Source: Eledone cirrhosa
Lineage: Eukaryota
NCBI GenBank assembly: GCA_964016885.1
Contig: OZ024740.1
Span: forward strand, 140,182,001-140,246,000
DNA length: 64,000 nt
Reading direction: 5' to 3'
The translations under genes and the position numbers were made by a program. The notes beneath the pieces were generated by a model. That model was given only the letters and a program-made list of their open reading frames with translations, did no database searches and was not told the origin of the DNA. This document shows, in pieces, positions 52,701-64,000 of this stretch (within the stretch, counting starts at the first letter, position 1; the number at the start of each line of letters is the position of its first letter).

Positions 52701-54478
52701 TAGCATCTGCTCGAAGGTCAAGGTGAACAGCTACCTATCGGAGACGTTCGCAATCACGCGTTCCATTCGACAGGGGTGTCCTCTCTCCTCCATTCTGTAT
52801 GTATTGACTCTAGAGCCACTACTGCGGAAATTGGAGCTGTTGCAGGGCATCCCTCTAGAACCGGGACTGCGCAAAGCGGCGTCGGCTTATGCCGACGACG
52901 TGACGGTAAGGGTGTCGAGCACTTCGGAAATCGGGGTGATCAGCAACTTACTGAAAGAATACGAAACGCTGACGGGAGAAAAACTAAACCCGGACAAGTC
53001 TGTCGGTTTGCAACTCGGTACGTGGAGAGGCAAACCGATGAACGGACGGACCGGTGAAATTGCTCGGGATCTGGTTCGGTCCAGACCTCCAGGTGGAGAA
53101 AAACTGGAACGAGGTCACGGCCAAGGTGTTTGCACTCACCCAGAAGTGGGCAGAGTGCAAACTGTCCTTGAAAGGTCGAGCGGAGGTGGCGAACACTTTC
53201 ATAGCATCCGTCATCTACTACCGCTTGACTGTTGTGCCTTGTCCCCGTGAACACCTTGCCAAGATGGAACGCATGCCCTTCCAGTTTCTGTGGAAAAAGC
53301 AGGCTCCGCTGGTGAGGAGATCAGTCTGCTGTCAGCACCCTTCCAACGGAGGGCTGGGAATGCCGTGGCTGATGATGCGCAAACATGCGCTGAGGCTGCG
53401 GTATCTCCAGGTATTCCTCACCGACCCCCAACCGGTGTGGGCACCGTTTGTGAGACAGGCTTTCCCACAGCTCGTCTCGCTGATGGAGCTGCAGTCCTGG
53501 GTCAAGAAAAGACCGAAAACGATGGGCGCCTGGCACATTGAATGCGCTCAGGCGCTCACAGTCCTCTGGCAAGCAGGCGCAGCAATCAGTGGAGACTCCA
53601 CTTCGACATTCTATAGAGGGATTGTACGTTACAAGGGCGACGACGTGCTCGGAGAGACTCTGGGCGTCGAAGACGATGAGCTCACCAGTCTATTTGGTAG
53701 GACTTTCCGCCCGGGACCTATGGACAACTTCCAGAGGTCCCTGGTTTGGCAGTGCTACCGAGGAGCTCTACCGGTTCGTGACAAGATCTACCGGCACGGA
53801 CGCCCCGGCAGGGATCCTTCCAAGAGGACGTGTCCAAGATGCGCGCAGGACATTGAAACAGTCCTGCACACAATTGTACACTGCCCGGGCGTAACTGACC
53901 TGTGGAACTATGCAGAACAACTGCTGTCGCGTATGGAACAAATCCAGTTGGCTGCCGAGTCCATAGTAAGGATCAAACCTCCAGCCTCTTTCAAAAACGA
54001 AAGAGAGGCGGTTTTCCTCTGTACAGTGGCTATGGTGAAAGAAGTTATATGGTGGACGAGGTTGAGAGGACTGAGGACAGATGCCTTTCTCTCCGGACAA
54101 CAATTGATTCCCTTCTTTAAGTATCACTTTAGAAGGAGAATCAGGGTGGAGAGAGAGGCACTGCACCCCAGTAAATTTACTGAAAGGTGGGTGAATGAAG
54201 CAAAAATGGCCCGAGTGATTGGGCCTTCTCTGTTTATAAGCCTGTAGGTTGAGGAAGAGAGCAAAAGGAAGAAAGGAGCACTTGCACAACACGCTCCTGG
54301 AGTTGAGGGTTGTTTTATCGAGGGGGTATTAAACAACCCTTTTGTGGCGCCTCCCCCCTATTGGGGATTTCGATTGTTGTAATTGTTTGTTTTTATATTT
54401 TTTACACGACTGTGTGTAAAATCCCCGGCATGTCTTTGTATTGGCCCCTTTTCTTGTGCGCCATTGTGGCTAATAAAG
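52701..54478 (+). mobile_element. Tx1/L1-clade LINE, 5'-truncated (RT plus C-terminal Zn knuckle)
   Basis: IRQGCPLSSILYVL, AYADD, KLLGIWFG, LSLKGR, GGLGMP, CPRC..ETVLH..HC. Frameshift near 53040. AATAAA end. Flanked by (TATC)n. Confidence 0.9.
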
Positions 54479-54496
54479 AAATATATCTATCTATCT

Positions 54497-55120
54497 ACAG
54501 ACATGGGCGCTCGGGCAGAGACCCTTCGAAAAAGATCTGTCCGAGATGCGTGCGAGACGAAGAAACCGTCGCGCACGCATTCGTACACTGCCCGGGCGTT
54601 ACCGACCTGTGGGGCTATGTAGAACGACTATTGTCGCGGGTGGAACCAATCCCATTGTCATGATCAAACCGCCACCTTCCTTCAAAAACGAAGGAGAGGC
54701 GGTTTTCCTTTGTGTGATAGCTATGGCGAAAGAGGTTTTATGGTGGACGAGGTTAAAAGGGCTGAGGTCAATTACCTTTCTCTCCGGCCAACAACTGATT
54801 CTTTTTTTTCAAATACCACTTTGGAAGAAGAATCAGGATGGAGAGAGAGGTGCTGTACCCCAGCAAATTTTATGAAAGGTGGGTGAAAGTGGCGAGAATG
54901 GCCCGAGTGAATGGGCCTACTCTCTATATCAGCCTGTAGGTTGAGGGTTGCACATTTTTTCGGGGGTATGTGTTACCCATATGTAATGTCTCCCCCTATT
55001 GGGGGAAATCGATTAATTTTTAAATTGCATTTGTGATAGTATTTTACACGTTTTTATTGTATGTAAATTTCCCCCTTTGTATGTGTCCCCTTCTTTTGTG
55101 CCCCTGTGGCTAATAAAGAA
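54497..55120 (+). mobile_element. Second, shorter and diverged Tx1-like copy in tandem
   Basis: RHGRSGRDPSKKICPRC..EETVAHAFVHC parallels 53790-54247. Same tgtggctaataaagaa end, followed by (TATC)n. Confidence 0.9.
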
Positions 55121-55354
55121 ACATATCTATCTATCTATCTATCTGTATATTTGTTTCTTCCCTTCCCTTCCACTAACACAAGCTACAGCTTACCCAATCA
55201 ATATAGTGTCTATGAACTAAGGACCAAGCCTAAAAGTGGTCGTTCGGCCTGCTAGAATCCCTCTGGAATTTAACTATTACCATTTTTAAAATGGAAAAAT
55301 ATTTTGAAAAACATTAAATCGGTCAATTGTTAATATATATATATATATATATAT

Positions 55355-55435
<81 letters not shown>

Positions 55436-55436
<1 letters not shown>

Positions 55437-55965
55437 GGTTAATTAGTCTCTCATCTCAATGAGAGAACTCTCTCAGAGAAGCAATATTAAAATTAAGAAA
55501 AAACTCTAATTATTGGAGTATAAACAAAATAGACAGAAAAAGTATTCTATCTACTAACTTCGCTTATAAATAGATAGATCTCTCTACCATGGTTTCGTAT
55601 GGGAAAGAATTCTTATTGGAACCACCAATAATTGAAGAATCCGCCATACTTTTCAGGAGAGTTTAATTCTTCAAGAGCTAAGAGAAGTTGAACAAGATAT
55701 AAACATACTGTGGAATAAAACATGCATAGTGTTTCGTTGTCAAAATCTCCTAGAATATTAGGACTACTTGACAGGCTTATAATGTAGCTAGAAATAGCAG
55801 CCAAAAGACCATCTTCTACAGCTCGGCAATTCAAGGAGCGGTTTAATATTAATGAAAGATTAATTAGTCTCAAATACTTAAACATCTCGATGAGAGAAAT
55901 CTCTCAGAGAAGCAATATTATATATTAGGATTAAGTAAAAAAAAAAACTCTAATTATGGGAGTAC
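55436..55965 (-). mobile_element. Hammerhead-bearing element family C (~421-bp monomer plus ~90-bp repeat)
   Basis: aattagtctc...ctctcagagaagcaatatta...aaactctaattat.ggagta occurs at 55441 and again at 55862. Abuts (TA)n. Confidence 0.7.
55580..55661 (-). ncRNA. Type I hammerhead motif with one core substitution
   Basis: Minus strand CTCTC-CTGAAAA-GTATGG...CCATAC-GAAAC-CATG-GTA-GAGAG. Confidence 0.7.
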
Positions 55966-56414
55966 GAATAAACATTTGAAAGCCTTTAGTTATGAATTTT
56001 AAAAGTGATTACTGGCGCCATCTACCTTGTTCCAGCAGAAGCAAGGGGAAAGCAACAGACAGCTGTTTCTGACTGTGTGGTTCGTTGTCAAGGTTGCGCA
56101 CCCTTCCTCAGTCTTTTTTAATTTACAGGAAAATTCGTATCTTCTGGCATGTTTACATGCCTATATATTAGATGTGTATATATTTATACACGTTGGTGCA
56201 GTCTCGGTTACACTCTCTGTGTATACAGATATAACTCTATTATACACTTCAACTGCTAGCACACTTCTTATTATGTTTCTCCTATGTGATCCTGTCTCTA
56301 CTTTGTACTCCTGAAGAAGGGCTTAAGTCCGACACGTCTAACTTTCTTTCCTCTTTTCCATATAAAACGTGAAACTAATAAGACTTTTTCTATTTCTGTT
56401 TGTTGTCTTTGAAC

Positions 56415-56510
56415 TATAGAAGTCCGACGAGCTTTTGATCCCAGAATCGGGCTAGATCGATACAGATCGACCCTTGAGCTGATCAATAGCGAAACGCGTG
56501 TCACTACTTA
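56415..56510 (+). ncRNA. Hammerhead motif (sister copy at 58720-58805, minus)
   Basis: AGT-CCGACGA-GCTTTTGATC...GATCAATAGC-GAAAC-GCGT-GTC-ACT. The sister copy retains CTGATGA. Confidence 0.7.
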
Positions 56511-56545
56511 ATAAACATAATGAAGACATAACAAATCGTCCTTTT

Positions 56546-56625
<80 letters not shown>

Positions 56626-56777
56626 AGTTAATATGCCCGTGGGTACTAAGTACCCCTGGAAATATATAGGGCCAAAAGAATAGGTAAATATTTAAATTAT
56701 ATTTTTAAATTTTTTTTTTTTAAATTGGTTGAATTTTGCTTGTTCTTCTTATCTTAATATATATATATATATATATA

Positions 56778-57335
56778 GAATAGAATGAAACGAAATTTCA
56801 TTTCTCACTCTTAGTACGGCACTTACTTAAATGTAAGTATGTATGTATACGTACATACATATATGTATACAGACGTACAGTAGCATGCATATATATATAC
56901 ATACAGGCACACATACATATATGCACGTATCAGTTTACCGAACATTTATTATAATGCTCGGTTTGTTCGTTTGTAAACAAACAAACAGCCTGAATTACGC
57001 CGTACAGTGTTTAGGCAACCACGTCACCTTTTTGTTCAACACTACACAGGAACGATGTACTAGTTTCAAGCTTATTAGCTATCGTCAGCACCGTATACCT
57101 TTCTGCCAGATGGTTGAACGTCCGAAAGTATATACTTTCCTTATGCATATTAACGGCTGAGCAGCCTAATTTGCATATCGAGTGAGTTCAGTCGGCCAGG
57201 CGCACGGAAAACGATAAATGGAATAGAATGAAACGAAATTTCATTTCTCACTCTTAGTACGGCACTTACTTAAATGTAAGTATGTATGTATACGTACATA
57301 CATATATGTATACAGACTACAGTAGCATGTATATA
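56778..57335 (-). mobile_element. Family A copy 2 (hammerhead at 57052-57094)
   Basis: Near-identical to 1891-2441, with the repeated segment starting again at 57221. Confidence 0.8.
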
Positions 57336-58259
57336 TATACATACAGCTAAGCCAACGAATGCCTTCAGCAGTGCAGCCAAGCACTCGACAAGGAATAGAC
57401 CTCAGAGTAATAACATACAGTTTAAAGGGCTTTGCAAATTGAAAATAGCGACCGCTAATTCAGCCGCGTGATCTGTAGCAACGAAAGAACTGACTAGTGA
57501 GAAAAGGAAATACACACACACATACACACACATATATATATATATACATATAAAAATATACATACATACATATATGCACATATATATAATTTCCTACCCA
57601 CATGAAATCGTTTTCCTCACTGATTAACATATAAGTGTACACTCTAATCGGTTAAGTTTGTATTTTAATAATACAGACTTAATTAAATTTTTGAGAAAAC
57701 GACCGAAGCTGTGTCGATTCTATTCGATAAGCTTCGCTTCATAATTATGTGCGCGCGCGTATGTGTGGGGGGGGGGTGTTATGTGTCTTTGTGTGTGTGT
57801 AAACAAAAGGGTTGACTTAAGAGGTAATAGAAAAACTTAAAATTTGAAATGTGAACCAACGTACATGACCATATATTAGCATATCACTATAAAAAAAAAA
57901 AACAGTTGAGAATATCCGGTAAAGTATCCCTGGAGACGGAAAAAGGTGAGATTTGTTTATTTCCGGCTCTAGCCACTGAAGATAAAATATATTGTTCCTA
58001 ATTTGGATAGAAACTGTTGTCAGCTGAAATTTGGCAAAAAGGTAACGCACTTAGCCGGAATTCAAGAGATACAGAGTTCTTTTCTCTATAGTGGCTGGTA
58101 GCCACTTATTTTCTTTCGCTGTGGGTATTTTACCTGATTTTCTAACGCTATTATCATGGTCATCATCATTATACAATAATCATTTTGCATATAGACGTTT
58201 TCAAATTCCAAAACATCCAGGCACCTCGATAAATCGTAATATATATAAATATATATGTG

Positions 58260-58294
<35 letters not shown>

Positions 58295-58809
58295 GTTTCT
58301 ACTTTTGGCACAATTACCCAGTACATTACTGGTACTTTATTTTATCTACCCCGTAGGGGTGAAAGGCAAAGTTAACCTCGGCGAGATTTGAACTCAGACC
58401 GTAAAGGGACGTAACTATGCTGGAAAGCATGGTGTCCGACCCTCTACTGATACTGCCAATCCCCCGCCCTTATATATATAATAATGATTTCTAGTATAGG
58501 CACAAGGCCAGGAGGGGAAAGTCGATTAAATCGACTCCAGTGCGTGACTGGTACTTTATTTTATCGACCCTGTAAGGATGAAAGGCAAAGTTAACCTCGG
58601 CGGGATTTGAACTCAGAACGTAAAGGGCTATAACTCTATGCTGGAAAGCATGGTGTCTGACGCTCTACTGATACTGCCAGTGGACGAGATGTCAAATTTT
58701 CATTAAGTTCATTCAGGTGTGAGGTACGTTTCGTGATTGATCAGCTCAAGGTTCAATCTCTATCGATCGGGCCCGACTCTGGAATCAAAAGGTCATCAGA
58801 CTTCTGTTA

Positions 58810-58844
<35 letters not shown>

Positions 58845-59233
58845 CACACACACATATATATATATAGTGTCTTTAAAAATTATCAAGATATATCACAAGA
58901 CAAGAGTCTCATCAGACTGCAGCTTATTCCGGTTTCATTGGCATTAAGCGACTGAGAGTACAAAACACACCCTGGACAAAACGCCAGCCCAGCACAGAGT
59001 TAACTTCCAGCTACTACTGGTATTCATTTTCAACTGATTGGACTGGATAAACGTAAAGTGAAGTGTTTCGTTCTGAAACACAACGCGCCACCCGGTTATC
59101 TTGAACCCACGATATTACAATCGTAAGACCATCACCTTACCCACTGTATATATGCTATATAGATATATGTGTGTGTGTGTGTGTGTATGTGTGTGTGTGT
59201 GTGTGAATGTGTGTGTATGTGTGTGTATGCATG

Positions 59234-59272
<39 letters not shown>

Positions 59273-60186
59273 TTTTCGTTTTGCCTTGTTTCCGTTCGTT
59301 GACTTGTCCTCTCTTAATGTTCTTAAGTTTATATATTTATATATATATATATATATATATGTGTATGTAAAAGGTAAACATATATATATATTTGCACTAA
59401 CACACATACATATATATAAATATACACATATATATATGTACACACACACACGCACACATACACACACACACATATATATATATATATACATGTGTGTGTA
59501 TACATATATATGTAGGGGGTGACGAGAGAAAGGAAGAAAATGTGTGTATATATATATATTTGTTAAGATAACTACAGAAGGCTCTGCGGGATATTTACCA
59601 TCATCAGCTGTCGATAATTTCTACTCTACTCCATATTTCCAATTCTAACATATCTACACACCCTATTCTTTTATTATTTTCCTCGTATCCGTCATGAAGC
59701 TTCGGCCATGCTGAGGCACCACTTGGATGTCGATGATCATATCCACTCAATACTTATAAATATATATATAGGTGAATTCCCGATGTATATCGAGAGATGA
59801 CCGCAGTTATAAAAGGTACTCAATACGTTAGTAGAGTATAGGCATATTTATTTTATTATAGAAATTACTTCTACGGGACTAGAACTGTTTCATTCGTAAG
59901 GAATCAGCAGTACTTTCTTAATGATTTCTAACGAATGAAGCAGTTCTGTGGAAGTCGTTTCTATAATATATATATATCCCAAAGTGGCTGAAAAAGCATT
60001 CGAGTGCTTTCTTCCAGTAAAAATAATTTTTCCATGTCTTCCTTTCCTTTGTCTTTCTATTTCTTCTATCTCTCATTTTATTTTCTGATGAAGGGCTAAC
60101 ATCTGAAACGTTAAGACTCTTTTCCTACAACATCAACCGTTAAACTAATATATATCATTATTGTGCGGTTTTGTTTTCCTGTGTCG

Positions 60187-60283
<97 letters not shown>

Positions 60284-60639
60284 ATGTTCCTAGACAAACA
60301 GGTGAGTGAGGGCCTAAGTTGAAGTTGCATATCTTTATAGATATGTGTGAGTGAGTTTATATTTATGCGTGTATTTAATGGTTTCTAAAGAGGAAGCAGG
60401 TTTTTTGTTAGCCGAAACATTGGAGACGACGGGAGTGAAAGTTTATCTTTAACAAAATATTTATTTCGGTATCTTCTTCTGCAAGAGGAGTTTAACAACA
60501 GGAGTTCCGCGTAGCGACCAAATTCCTGGGTAGCTTTGTGTATCTCACAAAATGTTACTGGACGGAATGGGGGTAGGTGCTCAAAACCCTGACCTTTAAG
60601 AAAATGAAAAAGAAAAAAGAATATCTGAAGAACTCTGGA

Positions 60640-61460
60640 GAGCGAGAACTCCTTAACCGTATTATGTTGTGTTTCAGAAGCATGGGTGGTCTTGTAGGTG
60701 CAAGGGTTAGGTTAAGGGTGGTAGAAATAGATACTGTAATAAGCTATAAGTTTCACAGCTGGCCATGTTAGTGTTGGTGTTAGTATGGTGTCAGTGTTGG
60801 TGTTAGTTTGGTGTCGGTGTTGTTGAAGTCGTAGTAGTCGTGAAATTAAGGATTCATAACTAACGACAGAATGATCTTTGATTCACATACATTCGACGGC
60901 GTGGTTACGTTTAAGGGCTCTTTTAGACACAAGGACTAAATGTTCAAGAAATTGATACTTTAATAAGCGATGAGTTCTACAGCTGGCAAATCTAGTGTAG
61001 TTGATGATGTTGATGTTGGCGCTAGTGTTGATGATGATGTTGGTTTTGGTGTTCATGTTACTGTTGGTGCTGGTGCTAGTGCAGGTCCTAGTGCAGGTCC
61101 TAGTGTTGGTGCTGGTGTTTGTGTTGCTGTTAATGTTGGTGTTGATATTAGTGTTGGTGTTTGTGTTGCTATTTGTGTTGGTATTGATGCTGATTTTAAC
61201 ACTGGTATTGGCACTGGTGTTGGAGCAGGTGTCAGTGGTGTTGACATGGTAGTGTGTTGAGACTGAGATTTCGAGTTAACAATAGAAAAATCCTCGGTTC
61301 GAATTGGGGTGTATGTGTTTAAGTTATTTAACCGTGTTATGTTGTGTGGTTCAGAAACATGCTGGGTGAGTTCTTCTTGTTGACACAAGGGTAAAAAGTC
61401 TAGAAATAGATACTTTATAAGAGATAATAAGAGATAATTTCCACAACTAGCTCGATTGGT
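60640..61460 (-). repeat. Diverged three-unit tandem repeat with Thr/Pro-rich low-complexity spacers
   Basis: Motif agaaat.gatact.t..aag....ag.tt..acagctggc at about 60723, 60947 and 61402. Confidence 0.6.
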
Positions 61461-61901
61461 GCCGATCAACGGAAATTAACGTGAAGGTAGTTGAACATTT
61501 CACATTCACATGTACTTTTAACGTAATTCAGATACAGTCTATCCAACGGACTTCCAAACAGTTTCTGTTGACACAATTTCACTCACAAGACTTAGGTCGA
61601 CCCGATTTTATAGTGAATGACTCTTGTCCAAGATACGTCAACTCACATACAACACAGCTACGTCCACTCACACACTTATACACACACCACATGCATGCAC
61701 AAATAAATACACACACATAGTTCACATTACTGTAGCTTAACATTTGAAGATATCTTACTGATATCATGTCTGCTGGCTCATTAAGAAAACGAATTCAATT
61801 CTACATTATTTATGATGGATAAGTGTGTATACTTTACTACCCCAAGTATCCAGTACTCTACTGAGTAATGGTCTAACTAGTTTCAAAATGAATCCATCCT
61901 G

Positions 61902-61983
<82 letters not shown>

Positions 61984-62624
61984 GTATACACACACACGCA
62001 AACATAGGATAGATAGACGGTCAATAAAATAAACGCGTCTGTCAAGCGCAAGGAAGTTTGTTTATAAGATTCCGGCGGGGGATTACAAACCTTAGACTGT
62101 CAGTCTGGAAACTGTGTTAAAGTAGGGGTTTCATTTCCAGTAGAACAAACATGATGCTGGCCACCCAATCACATGTCTCACGACTCTTCCTCTAAGCATA
62201 TCTTTGGCTCAACTTTATTCCCTTTCCGTTAGATCTCATATTTTCTTTATTTTTGTTATATTGTTTCTTATCATTTGTTTGTTTTTTTAATCTTTTCCTC
62301 CACTCTTAAACTCACTGAGTGACCTTCAAAGATGCCCCTATCTTCCCATGACCCCTACTTCAAAATAAACAATCATTCAAGCCAGGTTACTTCTATTCTA
62401 TTTCATCTAGAATTCTAACAGACGCCATTTTAATGTGTACCCCGCTCGCCACCTTATAACTTTGCCATCTCTGTTGTCAGCCACCATCACAACGTCTGTT
62501 TAACTGGGGTCTTTAGCCGTTTGTGGAAACCATGCTGTTTGGTGATGTTTTCCTGTCAAAATCATGTCCTATGCTTATGAATTATCTTCTACTTAGAAAG
62601 AAACCGTTATCATTTTTACATTTA

Positions 62625-62691
<67 letters not shown>

Positions 62692-62769
62692 TGTTGGATC
62701 TCCGGTGGTGAGTACATGAGTTGTCCGAGCAAGCGAAATGCCTGTTCATAAACTTAATGTGCAAGAAGA

Positions 62770-62847
<78 letters not shown>

Positions 62848-63216
62848 CTTCCATTACTCCTTTTAGATTGCCAAGTGCAACAGGTTCCTCATTCGAATTC
62901 ACACACATGGCTATATCATCGAATTGCCATCGGGAATAGTCACCGTAAAAATATACAAAGCAATAACAAAGCAAACGACACAATATAATGAAGAAATATG
63001 TTATTAGTTTTACGCTTGGAATAGTTGGAAAAGAGACTTAACGTATCGGACGCTAGTCCTTCATCAGAAGATAGAATGAGAAATTAAAGAAGATATAGAA
63101 AGATTAAGGAGACGAGCAGGGTGGAAACAGGAAAAAAAAATTGATTGCTGTAAATAATAGCTAGGGAAACCAGGTAAAATACCCCTATAGACGGACAAAA
63201 TTGGTCATGAGTCTGG

Positions 63217-63290
63217 AGCCATTTAGCTCAATGGTACAGAGCGCTCAGTTGAAATTTGAAACTGACAGAGTTTGATTCTCTCTGGTGGCT
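63217..63290 (+). pseudogene. tRNA-like sequence (tRNA pseudogene or SINE head)
   Basis: GCCATT/GGTGGC acceptor-like stem, TAGCTCAATGG A box and degenerate GTTTGATTC B box. Confidence 0.4.
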
Positions 63291-63452
63291 GCTGGCCACT
63301 TTTCTCCATTTTGACCGATTTTCTAAGCTGTTATTTATAGCAATCGATTGTGTTTACAGTTATTTTCTACGTTTAAGATGTTCTATATTTTCTGTGAATT
63401 TCAATCAATTCAACGCTCTGATGGTTTATTTACGGATGGTGTTACTCTCACC

Positions 63453-63519
<67 letters not shown>

Positions 63520-63780
63520 TATATATATATACACTTCGTTTTTTTAATTTGTTTTGCAAGTTTTTTTTATCTGAAAACGTGTGTCGAAACAGATATAGTT
63601 AGACTTTGGGAGGGTCATGCTGCCAATAAAAACACACGCACCTGTTGGTTTTCACTTCAATTTATTATAAATTTCCGGTTTGCTGATTGGTCCGATAACC
63701 GGGCGGTTGTTTATATATTATCAAAACTCTTTCTCACACATTCTGTGACCAGAACAAAGGAGGGACACAAAATAAAAACC

Positions 63781-63827
63781 TTGTAACTGAGGAGGTCACA
63801 GAATGTGTGACGAAAGAGTTATGACAA
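63781..63827 (+). ncRNA. Hammerhead-like motif within nested inverted repeats
   Basis: TTGTAA-CTGAGGA-gGTCACA-GAATG-TGTGAC-GAAA-GAG-TTA-TGACAA. Inverted stem II copy at 63724-63750. Confidence 0.55.
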
Positions 63828-64000
63828 TACATAAACAACCATCCGGTTATCAAACTAACCAACCAACCAGAAGTTTATAATAAATTGAATAGAAAACTAA
63901 CAGGTGTGCGTGTTTTTACTGGCAACATGACCCTCCCAAAGTATAACAATATATATATTGTATATATATATATATATGGGGGGGGGGGGGGGTCCTTATT

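Overview
AT-rich, microsatellite-saturated animal genomic DNA. The SINE content and the (TA)n/(CA)n/(TACA)n load suggest a cephalopod, probably Octopus; this is inference, not a database result. Only one host gene is well supported: a rolling stone (rost)-like multi-pass membrane protein on the minus strand (main exon 32374-33432, with tentative small upstream exons). The rest is mostly transposon debris: Penelope-like RT and GIY-YIG fragments, CRE-like and R4/Dong-like restriction-like-endonuclease LINEs, Tx1-like LINEs, a Chapaev3-like transposase, a non-autonomous Helitron, MITEs and many tRNA-derived SINEs. The main signal missed by the ORF track is about 14 minimal type I hammerhead ribozyme motifs (CUGANGA...GAAA-short, often palindromic loop-NUH), read by eye, from several unrelated sequence families. 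Several lie in ~420-485 bp 'monomer plus partial repeat' non-coding elements embedded in (TA)n tracts, a retrozyme / non-autonomous Penelope-like architecture. Several long hairpin palindromes have their symmetry axis on or beside the ribozyme core. Most ORFs in the track are artefacts of simple repeats. Repeat coordinates are approximate.
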